Shown here: piece by piece, positions 44,110 through 56,565 of the stretch
Numbering within the stretch: position 1 is the first letter of the stretch
How the letters are laid out: the number at the start of each line of letters is the position of its first letter
DNA from: Cyanophora paradoxa CCMP329
Taxonomy: Eukaryota; Plantae; Glaucophyta
Direction: 5' to 3'
Assembly: GCA_004431415.1 (NCBI GenBank)
Contig: QPMI01000588.1
Coordinates: 124,001-188,000, forward strand
DNA length: 64,000 bases
Translations under genes and position numbers: made by a program
The notes under the pieces: model-generated
Seen by the model: only the letters and a program-made list of their open reading frames with translations
What the model was told of the DNA's origin: nothing
Databases searched by the model: none

Positions 44110-46081
44110 CCTTCCTCGGGACTCCGAGGCTCTTTACCAAGTTATCCAGAGCAAGTACTAGTATCAAGCTTTAAGCAGCCTATTCTATAGCTAACTTTAC
44201 ATTAGCGTTATCGCCGCACGTCCGGACGTTGTGCGTAGCTATATATATATAGGGGCTTTTTCGCCGAATTCGAATTCAAACCGATCATCGAATTGCTTTA
44301 GTGCAAGTGTGCGTAGTGGCACGTGTGCGTAAGACCGCAAAATGCAGGATTATTTTTGATTATTCTCTAATGTATCGCGATCGATATCGGGTTCATTGCA
44401 TCTTTGCTCGAGAGCCGGCCGCGGGCCGGGGATTTTCGCGCCCTCCAGAATTCCGCGTGGATCCCGGAAGGAAACTGATTAAACAACCGAATTCGAACAA
44501 GCTTGAAAGGGGGGTATACGTAGCGCGCAGTGAAGGCCCGGCGGCTTGAGGGCCATGGAGCTCACCCCCTTCGAGTTCGAATTCCAGGGGGCCCGGTCCA
44601 CCGCGTACGCTACGGGGCCGACGGGGCCCGGCTCGAGCGGGGTCTCCTGGCGGCGGCGGGGGCGCGCGGCGTGTTACGTCGTATGCGCGCAAGGCGTAGA
44701 CGAACTTCGGAAGATTTGTGCGAGCCGGAAGTGCCAAAATTAGCCGAGTCGCCAGTTTCGCGGCCAAGCGGGATCGAACCCGTGGCCCCACGTTAATTGC
44801 GGAAATTGCGCAAGGCCCTCACGTTAATTGCGTTGATTGCGCAAGAGTCGTCATCGGGCGCGTGCCAGATTATTCCCGGCGGCCAGATATATAGGGAACC
44901 CCCCCGGCCACGCCGAAAAAAGAGGGAATATTAGGCCGGCCCTCCCGAGGTAGAGCCAGTTGCTTGCCCGACCGCACGGACGCAACCGCGCCCGTGCGGC
45001 CGCACCTCTAAATAAATCGCGAGAATAGCCTCGCGACCCACCCTCCCGCACCTCTCCGACCTCAGGGCCTGGGCGGCGGCCTGGCTCGGAGCTGAATTAA
45101 ATTGCGGTGATCCGAATTTCGGACTTTTCCGAGTTCGGCAGAATAAACTTTAACCGTGTTTTTCAAAAAATCGGCCTGTCAAAAACAAGCCAACTTCGGT
45201 ATATCGAAGCTGAAGGCTTGTCGGGAGTTCCTGGCAAGAGCTGAGGTGTACGCCAAGTTCCAGTTCTTGGCTACGGCTCAGCAACTTGAGCATGGTTTGG
45301 GCCCGGCGGGCTCCGCCCCCCGGCCCACCAATGAACTCCTGCCTAAGTCTCAGACCGCTGCACTTACCAGCGGTCGCTGTACCCCACCTAGGCCTCTCCC
45401 AAGAGGCCCGCACGGCACCCTCAGGCGCCGGGCTCGGGGTACAGCAATTCTAGACTCGCAGTAGCTCGCTAGAAAAAATGCACACGATGTGGACCCCTGG
45501 GGAAGCATCAGCCAGTATCCTCGGCTAGAGAGTGCACGTGCAAGGAAACCGTGACCACACGGGGATTGCCTCTCCGGTTCGCGCCGCGAACCGTGCTCCC
45601 CTCTCACAATCAGCTCGAGATAGCTAGATGCTCGAGTTGAAGTGAATCAATAAATTACATACCCTGAGCGCTCGGCGGGAAAAAAGCACGAGAGGCCCCG
45701 CATAAAGCGCCTGTGGCACCGCCCGCCGCGGCGCCACCGGTACCTCCGGCCTCGTCCTCGGCAACGGCGACTCAGTGACTGCTTCGAGGTCGGCCGCCGG
45801 TGATTGCGGATAAGACCAATATGAAGTGTTTCGAATTCTCTCTCGGTTGTATCCATGTTAAGCTGCAGCTGCGGCTGGGCTGCAGCTGGGCCCTCGAGCT
45901 CCTGCAGCCTCCTCCCCCCGCCTCGCCTTTACCAGATAGACCTGGCAAGTACCTGCAGCTGGCCTAACAAGATAAAACTGGCAAGTTGTGCTATTTACAC
46001 CCGGGACCCCCATGCCTACGACGGCCCGGCCCCGCCGCGTTCCCACTCCGCACCGCCGCCTTCGCTGCTGGTTTGCCCGGA

Positions 46082-48638
46082 CTAGCCGAGGCGCTTGGAG
46101 CTCGGCGGCGGGAGGCGGCTCCAAACCACGCGCACCCCGCGCGCCTTCAGTTCCCGCAGCAGACGTGGCCCCGCCGCCTCCGCATTGCCTCGGCCCGCCA
46201 GGAACCTGCCGCCGCGCTCAGGTCGGGCGGAGGCGGGAGGGGGAAGGAAGCCGGGGCGCACTCGGGAATCTGATTGTGATCGTCGTCGCGAGGGCACCGC
46301 GCCGCGTCCCTGAGTGAGTGGCGGCCTCTGGAACTGGGCGCGGGGAGGGGCTGCACCCCGGGGCACATGAGGGGGCCGAAGAAGGTGAGGGCGGGGCAGG
46401 CGGCGAGGAGACCGGCGAGGCGCGGGGCCTCCCCCGCGCCGAAGGGGCAGCGAGCGAAGGAGAGGGAGCGGAGGGCGGGGGGCGGGCCCGAGGCGCCGAG
46501 GGCCGCCAGCACGCGCCACGCCTCCGCAACCCCGTCCAGTATGAGCTGCGGGGGTCCGCGTCGGTCAAGGCGCCGGCCTTAGCATGGAGGGCGGGGGCGC
46601 GCACGCTCTCGAGGCGGGCGCCGGCGGGGGAGGCGAGGGCGGCGGCCCACCAGTCGACGCGCACTGTTGAGCGGCCCTCGAGTTTGAGGACGCGCAGGGA
46701 GGGGAAGGAGCCCTCGGGGGGTAGAGGCAGCTCCGTGGCGCTGCGGCAAGCCTAAGGACCGGGCCGGCGGGACGAGGGGAGCTAGGCGCGCACTCATCCG
46801 CATCCTGCCAGCCCCGTGCCATCTTAGATGGCAGGTCCGACAGACGCGCGGGGGGTACAGCGGCACCTCGCGATCGACGCAGTCGCAAATGACGAGCTTC
46901 TCGAGGGCGGGGAGGCCGGCCAGGAGGATCACCAGGCTCGCGGTCTCCTTCCTCTTGAAAAGCTGCTCGAGCTGCTCGTCAGCAGCGGGGGGGGGGGGGA
47001 GGGGGGGAGGGGGGGAGGGGGGGGGAGGGGGGGGGTGGGTGGGGTGGGGTGGGGGGGGGGGGGGTGGGGGGGGGGGGGGGCAGCACCTGGGAGCAGTCAG
47101 AGATGTTGAGCTCGCGGAGGGCGGGGCAGGCGGCGAGGAGGCCTTCGAGGCGCAACGCGTCCCCACCGCCGAAGCTGCGGCACTGGCGGAGGAAGAGAGA
47201 GCGGAGGGCGAGGGGCGGGCCCGAGGCCTGTAGGGCCCCGAGCACGCGCCCGGAGTCAGCCAAACCCCGCAAGGAGAGCTGCGGTGCCTGTGAGGGGGGT
47301 GCGGCGGGAGCACAGAGGCCCGCGGGAAGAGCGGGGGAGAGGGAGGGGTTCGGCGCACTCTCTCGAGGCGGGCGCCGGCGGGGGAGGTGAGGGCGGCGGC
47401 CCACCAGCCGCAGGGCGTGGCGGGGCCGCGGAGGGTGAGGTGGCGAAGGGCGGGGAAGGAGCCGGCGGGGGGCGCGGGGGGCGCGGGGCCCAGGCCGGGG
47501 CCCGCGAGGGACGTGTCGATGGTGAGGCGGGAGAGGGCGGGGAGGGCGGCGAGGGCGCGGGCCGAGTCCCGTCCTTCCGGTCCCTCGAAAGGATCGCCAG
47601 ATCCAATGGATATGGCGACTTCGAGGGTCTCGAGGGTGGCGGCCGCCCCGCTCCGCTCGAGGCCGCCGAGGGCGACGGGGCGGGGCGGCTTCTCGAGGCA
47701 GAGCTCGCGCAGGCCCGGAGCGGGGAGCAGGTCCTCCCAGCCTCCTGCGCGTGCCCCGCTCGACGAGGGCACCGACGAGCTCGAGGCGGTCGGGGCAGAA
47801 GGGGTTACCTTCGACGGCGATTCCGCGTAGCGTGAGGGCGCGGAGCGAGGGGGCGCAGCGGCGGACGATCGCGCCGACCAGAGCCGAGACGTCTTCGCTG
47901 TACTCGTCGACTTTGATGCTGACCTGCGGCGGCGGAACCCTCAGGCCTAACGCCGCGGGGGGCCCAAGCGGGCAGCGCGGCGCGGGCGGCGCTAGCGAAG
48001 GCGGGCCTCGAGGGAGCGGAGGCTCAGCTTGCCGGCCGGGACGGCGGCGAGGGCGTCGAGGCAGGCCCGGAGCTCGCCCGTGGCGGTAGTGGGAAGGTAG
48101 AGCAGGCGGAGAGACAGCAGGGAGGGCCAGCAGGGGAGGGCCGCCAGGAAGCGGGCCCCGTGCTGGGCCCAGAGGCCTCCCAGGAACGTCACTTCGCGGA
48201 GACCGGTGAGGAGCGGAGCGCGCTCCGCGAGGAACGCGTCGACGCCGCCGCGGCGCCCCGCCAGCCAGCGCGCGACGAAAACGTCCCAGCAGACGTTCTC
48301 GAAGAGCGCGAGCGCCCCCCCCGCCGCGTCGATGGCCTCCTTGAACCGCTTGCAGACGGCGCGGAGCGCGTGCGCCTCGCGAAGCGCCGCGAGCCACCGA
48401 CGGCCGTCATAACACGGAGGAAGCTGCGGTGGCCGCGGCCCAGCTCCAAGTGAGATCAGGCCGCATGTACATGTGCAGCCGCGGGGGGCGCGCCGACCTC
48501 GCTCGCCACGGTCCGCAGGATTTTCATGAGCAGCTCGTCGGCGAGCATAAGCATCACAATCGGCGCTTCTTCTTCCTCGGCGGGCGCCGCGGGCGCCATC
48601 TCCTGTACGTGCCTCAAGCGAGTCTTCGAGGCCGCCAC
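46082..48638 (-). CDS. F-box/LRR (RNI-like) protein, multi-exon
   Basis: LADELLMKIL...LRAVCKRF F-box, followed by LxxLxL repeats (PALSRLTI, PALRHLTL, CPALRELNISDC). Confidence 0.7.
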
Positions 48639-49029
48639 TAGTACTAGTAAGCCGTCGGACGTCGATGCTGAGGGAGCCTAGGACGCCGGCGTAAAGGCGA
48701 AGGAGCTAGCGCGAAGCTGCTGCCGCAGTGCGAGCTGGACCCGGGACCGGAGCTGGAGACGCTGCTGTCAGCAGTCAGCTGATCAGCTGCTTTTCACACA
48801 CCCATCTCGAAGATCCCGATCTCACCGAAGTGCAAACGCGTGCAAGGATCGACGTGAGCGACGTGCAAAGGCGGCTCGGGTCGGAAGGCGGTGCGAAGGC
48901 CTGTCGCCCGGGTACGGCCGCCGTAGCCTGGGGTACGACCGGTCGAAACCAACGCGCGCTTTTCGTGCGCGGGGGCCAGCTGCAGCCCGTGCGATAGGCG
49001 GCGATAGATAGAATCTATCTAACGAGCAG

Positions 49030-51216
49030 ATGAGCTCCCCCGCTTCGAACCCAGCTAGGCGGCTGCGGCGCACCGAGAGCGATCCGATGCTGCCCGCCGG
49101 CGATGTCGCCATTGCTGTGCGTTTTACTTGCCCCGCCGAGTGCCCCATCCCCGAGCCCGCTGTTAGACGCCTTTACATGCTGGGCTGCGCGGTGCTCGGC
49201 TGATCCGCCGCCCGCAGCAATCGCTCATCAAGAGACTACAAGAGGAAGGAAAGTGCGTAAATTTGAACCGTGTTGCGCACTCGCAACGAGTCGGCTCCGA
49301 CCCTCCACACAAAAACGCCTTTCCCGCCTTCTCGACGCCGGGCTGATCAGGGCGCCCGCCGGCCCGCAGCAAATTCGAGGGTCACCGCATTCGGATGATC
49401 GGGTGCGCCAGCGCGACGCACTGCCGCCAATGCGCACCACTTCTCGATTTGACCGGTGCTGCGCGGCAGGCGGCACGTCGACGAGAACGCGCAGCGCGTG
49501 CATAAGGCGATCGTGTACACGACGGACGTCGTCGACGCGCGCGGCGCGCAGCTCCAGCGCATCTGCTACCGCGTCGAGGTCCGCCTGGCCGCGCCGCGCC
49601 GCTCCGGCCCGGCCCGAACGCGCGACCCGACGCGCGCGCCGCCGCGCCGCAGATGAACGCGGGGAAGCCGGTGTTCATAGCGGCGTCGAGCGCGGACGGG
49701 TCCATCCACGATCAAATGTTCGCGAAGGAGATGCGCCGCTTCCCCGGTGCCGCCCGCCGCCCCGCCGCCCCACTCCCCCGCCGCGTCTGACCGCTGCTCG
49801 GTCGATGCTCCCCAGGCGCCCCGTTCCACTGGATCATGTTCAAGGCACGCGCGCTCCCTCCTGCGCTCTCGCCCCGGCGCGCCGCGCCGGCGCCTGACGC
49901 GCCCTCGCCGCCGCAGAACGTGGTCAAGTCGAAGGGGGCGACGGAGGTCGGGCCGGGCCAGTTCCTCGCCTCCATCCACGACGCCTTCAACCGCGCCGTC
50001 CCGTGCGCGCCCTCCTGCATGATCCCCCGGGTCCCGTCTGATTCCGGGGCAGGGGCAAGGCGGCGGGGGTGGACGGGGACGCGGAGTTCGTGGAGCGGCT
50101 GTGGCGGGAGGGCCTGCGCCTGAAGGAGACGCGGCAGATGATGGACAAGATCAAGTACGTGAAGGACTGGGGCGACCTCACCGCCAGCGTCTGCGTCCAG
50201 GTGCGAGGGATCGGGCGGAGCGAAGGCCGAGTCAGAGTCGGCGCCGCTGAGGGGCGGGCGGGGCAGATCTCTGTGAGCGCGGCGAAGGTGCAGGAGCGGA
50301 TCGCGGCGGCCAAGGAGGAGCTGGCGGCCTCCACGCCGGGCCCCGGCAGCCGCCGCTCCTCCAACGCCTCCAACGCCGGCTCGGACGCCTCCTCCCCCGC
50401 CGGCTTCTCCGGCGGCCGCCGCGGCTCCGAGCCCCTCAACCGCACCTCCCCCAAGGTCCCCCTCCCCCGCCAGGTCCGTTTCCACCCCCGCCGGCTTCGC
50501 TTTCGTTCTCCTCTGAGGGCGCGCAGGCGTCGCACGGGCAGGGGGCGAGGACGTCCTCCCCCGGGGGCCTGCTGGACGTGAGCGGCCTCGCGGACTCGAG
50601 CCCGAGCTCGCTGCCGGGGAGCCCCGAGGGCGCCGCCGGGCCCTCCCCCGCCATCGAGTCCAGCCCCGCCTCCCTCGGGGCCCCCGCCGCCGCCTCCCCC
50701 TCCCCCTCCTCCTCCCCCTCGGGACCCACCTCCCCCTCGTCCTCCTACGACCCCTCGAGCCCTGCCTCGGCCGTCCGCCGCCCCTTCGCCCTGGGCCTCC
50801 TCGGCCGCACGGGCTCGGGGGGCAGCCCCGGCTCCCCCTTCGTCCTCCCCCGCTCCGGCTCGGGGGGCATCGGGGGCATCGGGGGCGCTGGCGGGAGCCC
50901 GGGGGCGGCGTTCGTGCTGCCGCGGCAGAGCTCGGGGTCGGCGGCGAGCAGCCCGGGGTCCGGGCACCCGGCGGTGGTGCCCCGCTCCGGCTCGGGCTCC
51001 ATCCGCGTCCCCATCATCGACGCCAAGGCCCACGCCCTCGCCGCCGCCGCCGCGGCGCAGGGGGCCGGGGGCAGCCCGCAGGGGAAGGGCCCGGGCCCGG
51101 CGGCGGGCCTGACCCGCTCCGACTCGCTCACGTCGATGGCGACGACCTCGACGGCCGTGTCGGGCGTCCCCTCCCTCGCCTCCGCCTCCTCCGACGCCCC
51201 CGGGGCCGCCCCCTGA
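49030..51216 (+). CDS. Hypothetical multi-exon protein with S/P/G-rich C-terminus (start uncertain)
   Basis: Spliceable exons HVDENAQRVHKAIVY.., MNAGKPVFIA.., APFHWIMFK, NVVKSKG.., FVERLWREG.. with GC3-rich codons; stop at 51216. Confidence 0.55.
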
Positions 51217-51752
51217 CCGCCGGACCGGTCGTCATCGCTTAACTTTCTTTGCTTCGAGGTCGATTTACTAAGTGAGCTCGCTAGCTATACTAAGTTGCTT
51301 TTAGTTGCGTTATTAGTTATTTATGGCTCTTTGAGTTGATTCGGAGTACTAGACCTTGTGCTGTGGCTTCGAATCCGCTCTCTGTACCTCCTAGAGTTTA
51401 GTTGATTGCACTTGATCTACCTCTACAAACCTACTTTGCTCTCTGATTGTAAGTATGCTTTACGTTGTATCATAACTTATCTAGTCCTAGTACCACTTAC
51501 ACTTGATTACTGTGTGTTCTTTGCAAATAGATTGGCAGTAGCTTGCTCGCCCAGGATCCCATATGCATGCCCCGCGTCCGGGCTCGAGGCGTCGACGCCG
51601 GCGAGTTCATGATCACAGCCGAATGAATAGGGTTACGGGACGGAACGAAGCACTGTACAGAGAGGGGCTCAAGGGGAACAGGGGCAGCGGATCAGAGGGG
51701 GCGGAGGCCGCGGCCGGGCCGCCCCAGCGGAGGCGGACGAGCGCCGGCGGGG

Positions 51753-52652
51753 TCACCAGAGGCGGGCGAGGGGCCGGTGGGCCGACTCCTCGACGGCCTC
51801 CTTGGCGAGGGCGAGGACCTTTGCGTGCACCTCCTCGATCGTGCCGCGCCCGTCGAGCACCTGCCCGCCCGCCGGCGTCGGGGCGGGGCCGGAGGGAGGA
51901 GGGAGGCGCGCGGGGGAGGTCGAACCTGCCAGTTCTTGGCGCCGCTCATGAGCCGCTGGAAGTTCTCCTGCACCTTCCGCTGGAAGTCGACGCGCTCGTA
52001 CCGCTCCTGCCCGTAGTCGCCGCGCTTCGCCTGCGGCCCGCCGCGCGTCAGCGCCGTGCGCGGGGCGGGCGGCAGCGGAGCCGCGGCGCGCACGGCGTCA
52101 TCGACGGGGACGTCGAGGTAGATGACGAGGTCGGGGGCGGGGAGGCCCGTGTCCGGCTGCTTGCACCACTCGAAGTCCAGGCCCTTCGCCGCGGAGAACG
52201 CCACGCCCGAGAACGCATAGCGGTCCACGACGAGCGTTTTCCCCGCACTCAGCAGCTCCTCGATCTTCGAGCTGCGCGGAAAGCGGCGGCGCGTCGGCGG
52301 CAGCGGAGGGCCTGTGCCGATGGCGGGCGCGCACGCAGCCTCCCAGCGGTTCGCGGAGAAGAGCAGGTGCAGGCATCGGTCGTCGAGCTCCTTTGTGTTC
52401 TGAAGGTAGGCATCGATCATCTTGCCGATCTCTGTCGTCCGGTCTGCGACCCAGAGGTGAGCGCCAGCATGGCGAGCTTGGCGGCAAAGCCGTCTGCGCA
52501 CCCGGGAAGCGGAGCAGTGTCGCGTTCAGCTTTTCAGCGAGCATGCGGCTCTGCGTGCTCTTGCCGCAGCGGTCGACTCCTTCGAACAGGATGAACGCGC
52601 CGCGGGAAGGCTGCCCCGCTGTCGCCGAGATGACTGGGGTGTCGTGCGGCAT
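51753..52652 (-). CDS. DTYMK: Thymidylate (dTMP) kinase, 5 exons
   Basis: RGAFILFEGVDRCGKSTQ (P-loop), RFP/DRTTEIG, HLLFSANRWE, DRYAFSGVAFS, GLPAPD, ERYE. Confidence 0.95.
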
Positions 52653-53423
52653 CTTACTGATGCTGAATTTGAAGCTGGAGTTGAAAAAGGTGCGCGAGGC
52701 GGAGCGCAGGAGCCGGACGGTCGACTCGTTCGCGCGGCAGACTGCCGCTGTTGCGGGGGAGGTTACTGCTGTTCCGAGGAAACGGGGAAATGCGAGCCTG
52801 GCTGGCAATGCAGCAAAGAGCATGCAGGGCTGGCGGGAGAAGCTGCGATTTAAATTCTTGGGGTACGCGTGATTTGGGACTTCAACGCTGCAATCAACAT
52901 TTGCTATTGAGCCAGCGGCGATCGCAGCCCGGTCGACCGCAGCCGTGCGTTGCATGCGGCGTCGGCATGGTCGATCGGCGAACGCTTGAAAACGCTTCCG
53001 AATCCGAGCTCGAGGCACCGGCGGGGCGGCATGCGCAGGGTCGAGCAGCGGGCCGTCGCGCGCGGCCCTGCCGCCCTGTCCAAAAGCCCACTTCCTCCTA
53101 CGCTGCGGCGCCAGACGGGTTCCGTTTATCGCGCGTTGCTCGCTGTTCAGCAGGCACAGCGCTAGCTGAAAGGAAAGGCGTTCATTTAAAAGGTGCTGTC
53201 TGGGAGACACTCAAAAACTGCGCGGATTGGAGGAAAGCCTACAGAAATGCCGTTGAGCTGGGGAAAAAATGCCACCGGGGCGGCGGCGGCTGTTGGCTAG
53301 TACTTATACGCTGCCGGGCGCTGGGCGCTTCGCGCGCCGGCCCGGAGACGGGCCGACGGAGGGGAGGTCCCGGGGGCGGGCGCCGGCGGCGGGCCCCGAG
53401 GCGCGGCGGGCGGCCAGGGGCGC

Positions 53424-56112
53424 CTACGCGTCGGTCTTGAAGGAGAGGGAGACCTTGGCCTCGCCGTTCTCGCCGGCGGAGACCTTGAGGGAAACCTTGC
53501 CCTCGCCGGCCGGGGCCGCCTCCTCCTTCTTGGCGGCCTCCTTCTCCTTCTTGCCGCCCTTGTCCTTCTTCTTCTCCTCCTTCTTGGGCTTCTCCTCGCG
53601 GATCTCGCCCTCCTCGAGCTCCTCCTCGGCCTTGCCGGCCGCCGCCGCCTCCTCGGCCGCCGCCTCGGCCGCCGCCGCCTTGGCCTCCTCCTCGGCCGCC
53701 TTGGCCGCCTCCGCCGCGAACTTGTCCGCCTCGGCGACCAGGCGCTCGTACTTGGCGTCCACGTCGCCCTCCTCCTCCGCCGCCGCCGCAGCCGCCTCAG
53801 CGGCCGGCGCCGGCGCCGGCGCGGCCGCCGCCGACGAGGAGGCGGCGCCGCCCTTCTTGTGGGCGGCGCCGAGGGACGGGAATTCGTCGAGCTTGACGGT
53901 GTCCGGGACCTTGGTCGGCTTGGCCGGCTTCTCGGTGGCCGTCTTGACGACGACCGGCTCCTGCTCGTCCTCGACCGGCGGCAGCGGCTCGCCGGCCTCC
54001 AGGCGCCGCTTCCACTCCTCCTCCTTCTTCTTCATCGTCTCCTGCTCGCCGCGTCGGCGGGCGGCGGGCAGACGGGGGGGCAGAGCGAAGCGGGGGCACC
54101 TTCTTGGCGAGGAGGGCCTCGATGGCGGCGGGGACGTCGGTGTTCATGAAGGGCGGCTTCACCTTGAACTTGTCGAACGCCGCGATCTTCTCCACGCTGT
54201 GGATCAGGCGCTCCGGCTGTGGCGGCGGCTCAGCGGCGGCGGAGCGGGCCGGCGGAGGGCAAGGCGGGCGGGGCGGACCTTCTTGGCAGCCGGGGCGGCG
54301 GGCTTCTTCTCCGCGCCCTTCTTCTTCTTGCCGAGGCCGCCGAAGAGGCCGCCCAGGTCCTCCTCGTCGTCCCGCTTGCGCCAGAAGCCCTTCGCGTCCT
54401 TCGTGCCCGCGATGGGCGCCGACGAGGCCGCCGCCGCCGCCGGCTCCGGGGCCGCCGCCTCCGCGTTCGGGTTCAGGGGCTTCAGGTACGCGATGATCAC
54501 GTCGACCATCTCGAGGTCCGCCTCGTACGGGTTCCGGCGCATGTACTCCGCCCGGCGCGCCTCGCTGCGCGGCCACCGCGTCAGAGCCGGCGCGGCGCGG
54601 AGCGGCCGGCGCGGGAGGCGGCGCACCGCTCGTCGTCGCGCTGCTTGCGCTCCTGCATGCGGGCCTGGCGGGAGGCCTCGCGCTCGTGCTTGGTCTGTTC
54701 GTACCAGATCTTCTCGTTGATGCGCCATTCCTGCAGGCGCTTGAAGTAGTCATCCCGCATCTGCTTGCTGTGCTGGAACAGCTCGTTCATGTGGTCGCGG
54801 AGGATCTGCCGCGCGGTCAGTGCCGCCCGCGAATCCAAAAGCCGAGCCGTCCGCAGACCTTGCGGGTGGCGATGAGGGTCGGGACCGACGAGTTGCTCGC
54901 GGCGCGGTTGGCCCGCATGTTCTCAAAGACCGTGCGCTGGGCATCCTCGGCCTCGCGAGCGCGCCTGATTTCGTCCTCCTTGGCCTGCGCGCGCGCGTTC
55001 GTCCAGGCTGCGAGAGAGAAGAAAGGCGCGGGGGACCCGGCACCTTCAGACGATCGAAGACAGCCTGGCGGTCGGCCTTCGCCTTCTGGGCCGGGTTCTG
55101 CGACGAGTCCGCGACCGAAGCGACGGCGACATCGCTGAATGGCGCGGAATGTCAGCGACCCGCGCATATCCGCAAGCTGTGGTTCGAAGGCGGACCGGCC
55201 AGAGGCAGCCTCGCGGGCGGCCTGCAGCGCCTTAATGTCGCTGAGAACCTGCTTCTCCTCCTTGAGGGACAGCGTGCTGGTCGCAAGCTGGAACTCGAGC
55301 TCGCTGCGCGGTCTGTGTTCGGAGGATGGTCGAAAGCGCCGAATGGGCGCGGCGCGAACCGGATCTGCTTGTTGATATCCTCGAGCGACGTGAACGCGGG
55401 CTTCGCACGCGGGGCGGGGGCGACGGGAGCAGCGCCGCCAGCCGCAGCGCCGGTCTGGCGGGAGTCGGCAACAATGGCGTTACCGGATGCGGCGCGGCGC
55501 ACCGGCTGGCTCTTGAGAGCATCGAGCTCGGCACGGATAGCATTCCGCTCGTTGTTCAGCTCGCGCGTCACCTTCTGCAGCGCCTTGAGCTTCTCAAGCT
55601 CCGCACTCTCTGCGTCATGGAACTGGCCCTTGTTGCCCTCGCGGCTGTCTAGCTGCTCCTTGATTTCGGCCTGCAACGAATATGTCAGAGAGTGCACCCT
55701 CGCGCCCGGCCGACCGGGCGGTGGCCCCATTCGTCGCACCAGCTTCTTCCTGCACTCATCCATCGACTCATTGATTGCCGCCAGCTGCTTCTCGAACTGC
55801 TCCCGGTTCGGCTGAGGGAACTGCAAAGAAACAAACGCGCGGGCGTGTCAGAGAGCGGCGGGGGGCGCAGCCGTGGGCGGGCCTGGTTTTGGTATGCCCG
55901 ACCATGCGGCGCGCGCGGGCGGCGACGGCGGAGGTAACTACACGCACCCGCTTCACGCGCTGCGCTGGGATGACCAGCTTCGGCGCTTTCGGCGCCTCGC
56001 CGTCGGCGGCAGCCTCCGCATCGGCGGGAGTCTCAGCCGGGGCCTCCGCCTCGGCCGCCGGGGTCTCCTCGACCTCCGGAGACGCTGCGGGAACGTCCTC
56101 TGTATCGCTCAT
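53424..56112 (-). CDS. Bfr1/proton-pump-interactor-like coiled-coil protein, multi-exon
   Basis: PQPNREQFEKQL, FQLATSTLSLKEEKQVLSDIKAL, NPYEAD...IIAYLK, LIHSVEKIAAFDKFKVKPP..VPAAIEALLAKK. Confidence 0.75.
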
Positions 56113-56565
56113 GCTGTTTCTGGCCGCCGATGGACCGGGCCACGAACTTTGCCGGACGAACTGGGGCACTAACAAATTCCCCCGTGAGCTGTTCGCGTAC
56201 CCCCACTCGGCCGAATTGCGTGTTTTAAGGCCGTCGGCGGCCGGTGGAAGGAGCGCACGCCGAAGGGCAGCAGGAGCACGCGCTCCGCCCTGCGCGTGCG
56301 GCCCGCCGGGCCACTGGATCGGCCGCTCGGTCGGCGGTTGGTTGCAAGAGTAGTCGTTAGCGGAGCTGCTCGGCGGCGCTCGGTTTGCGGTCGCATCGTC
56401 TGAATCGAGCGGCTACCGGCCTGCCTCCGAGCACCCGTGCGCTCTAGCCGGCGCGTGCAGCTCCTTCTCGAGAAACCGTGCGCTCATCCCCGGGGCGCAG
56501 CGTCGATGCCTGCGGCGGATCGCTTCCGAGTAGGCACCGGCAGCGTCGGCGCAGCGGCGGAGAAG

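Noticed and set aside
44170-45850. Possible transposon remnant between the surface-protein and F-box genes
   Set aside because: Only a short repeat (CACGTTAATTGCG x2) and weak ORFs; no termini or TSD found.
46986-47080. Long G-run as a functional G-quadruplex element
   Set aside because: Intronic low-complexity tract that is error-prone in assembly; a similar C-run lies at 35926-35996. No further support.
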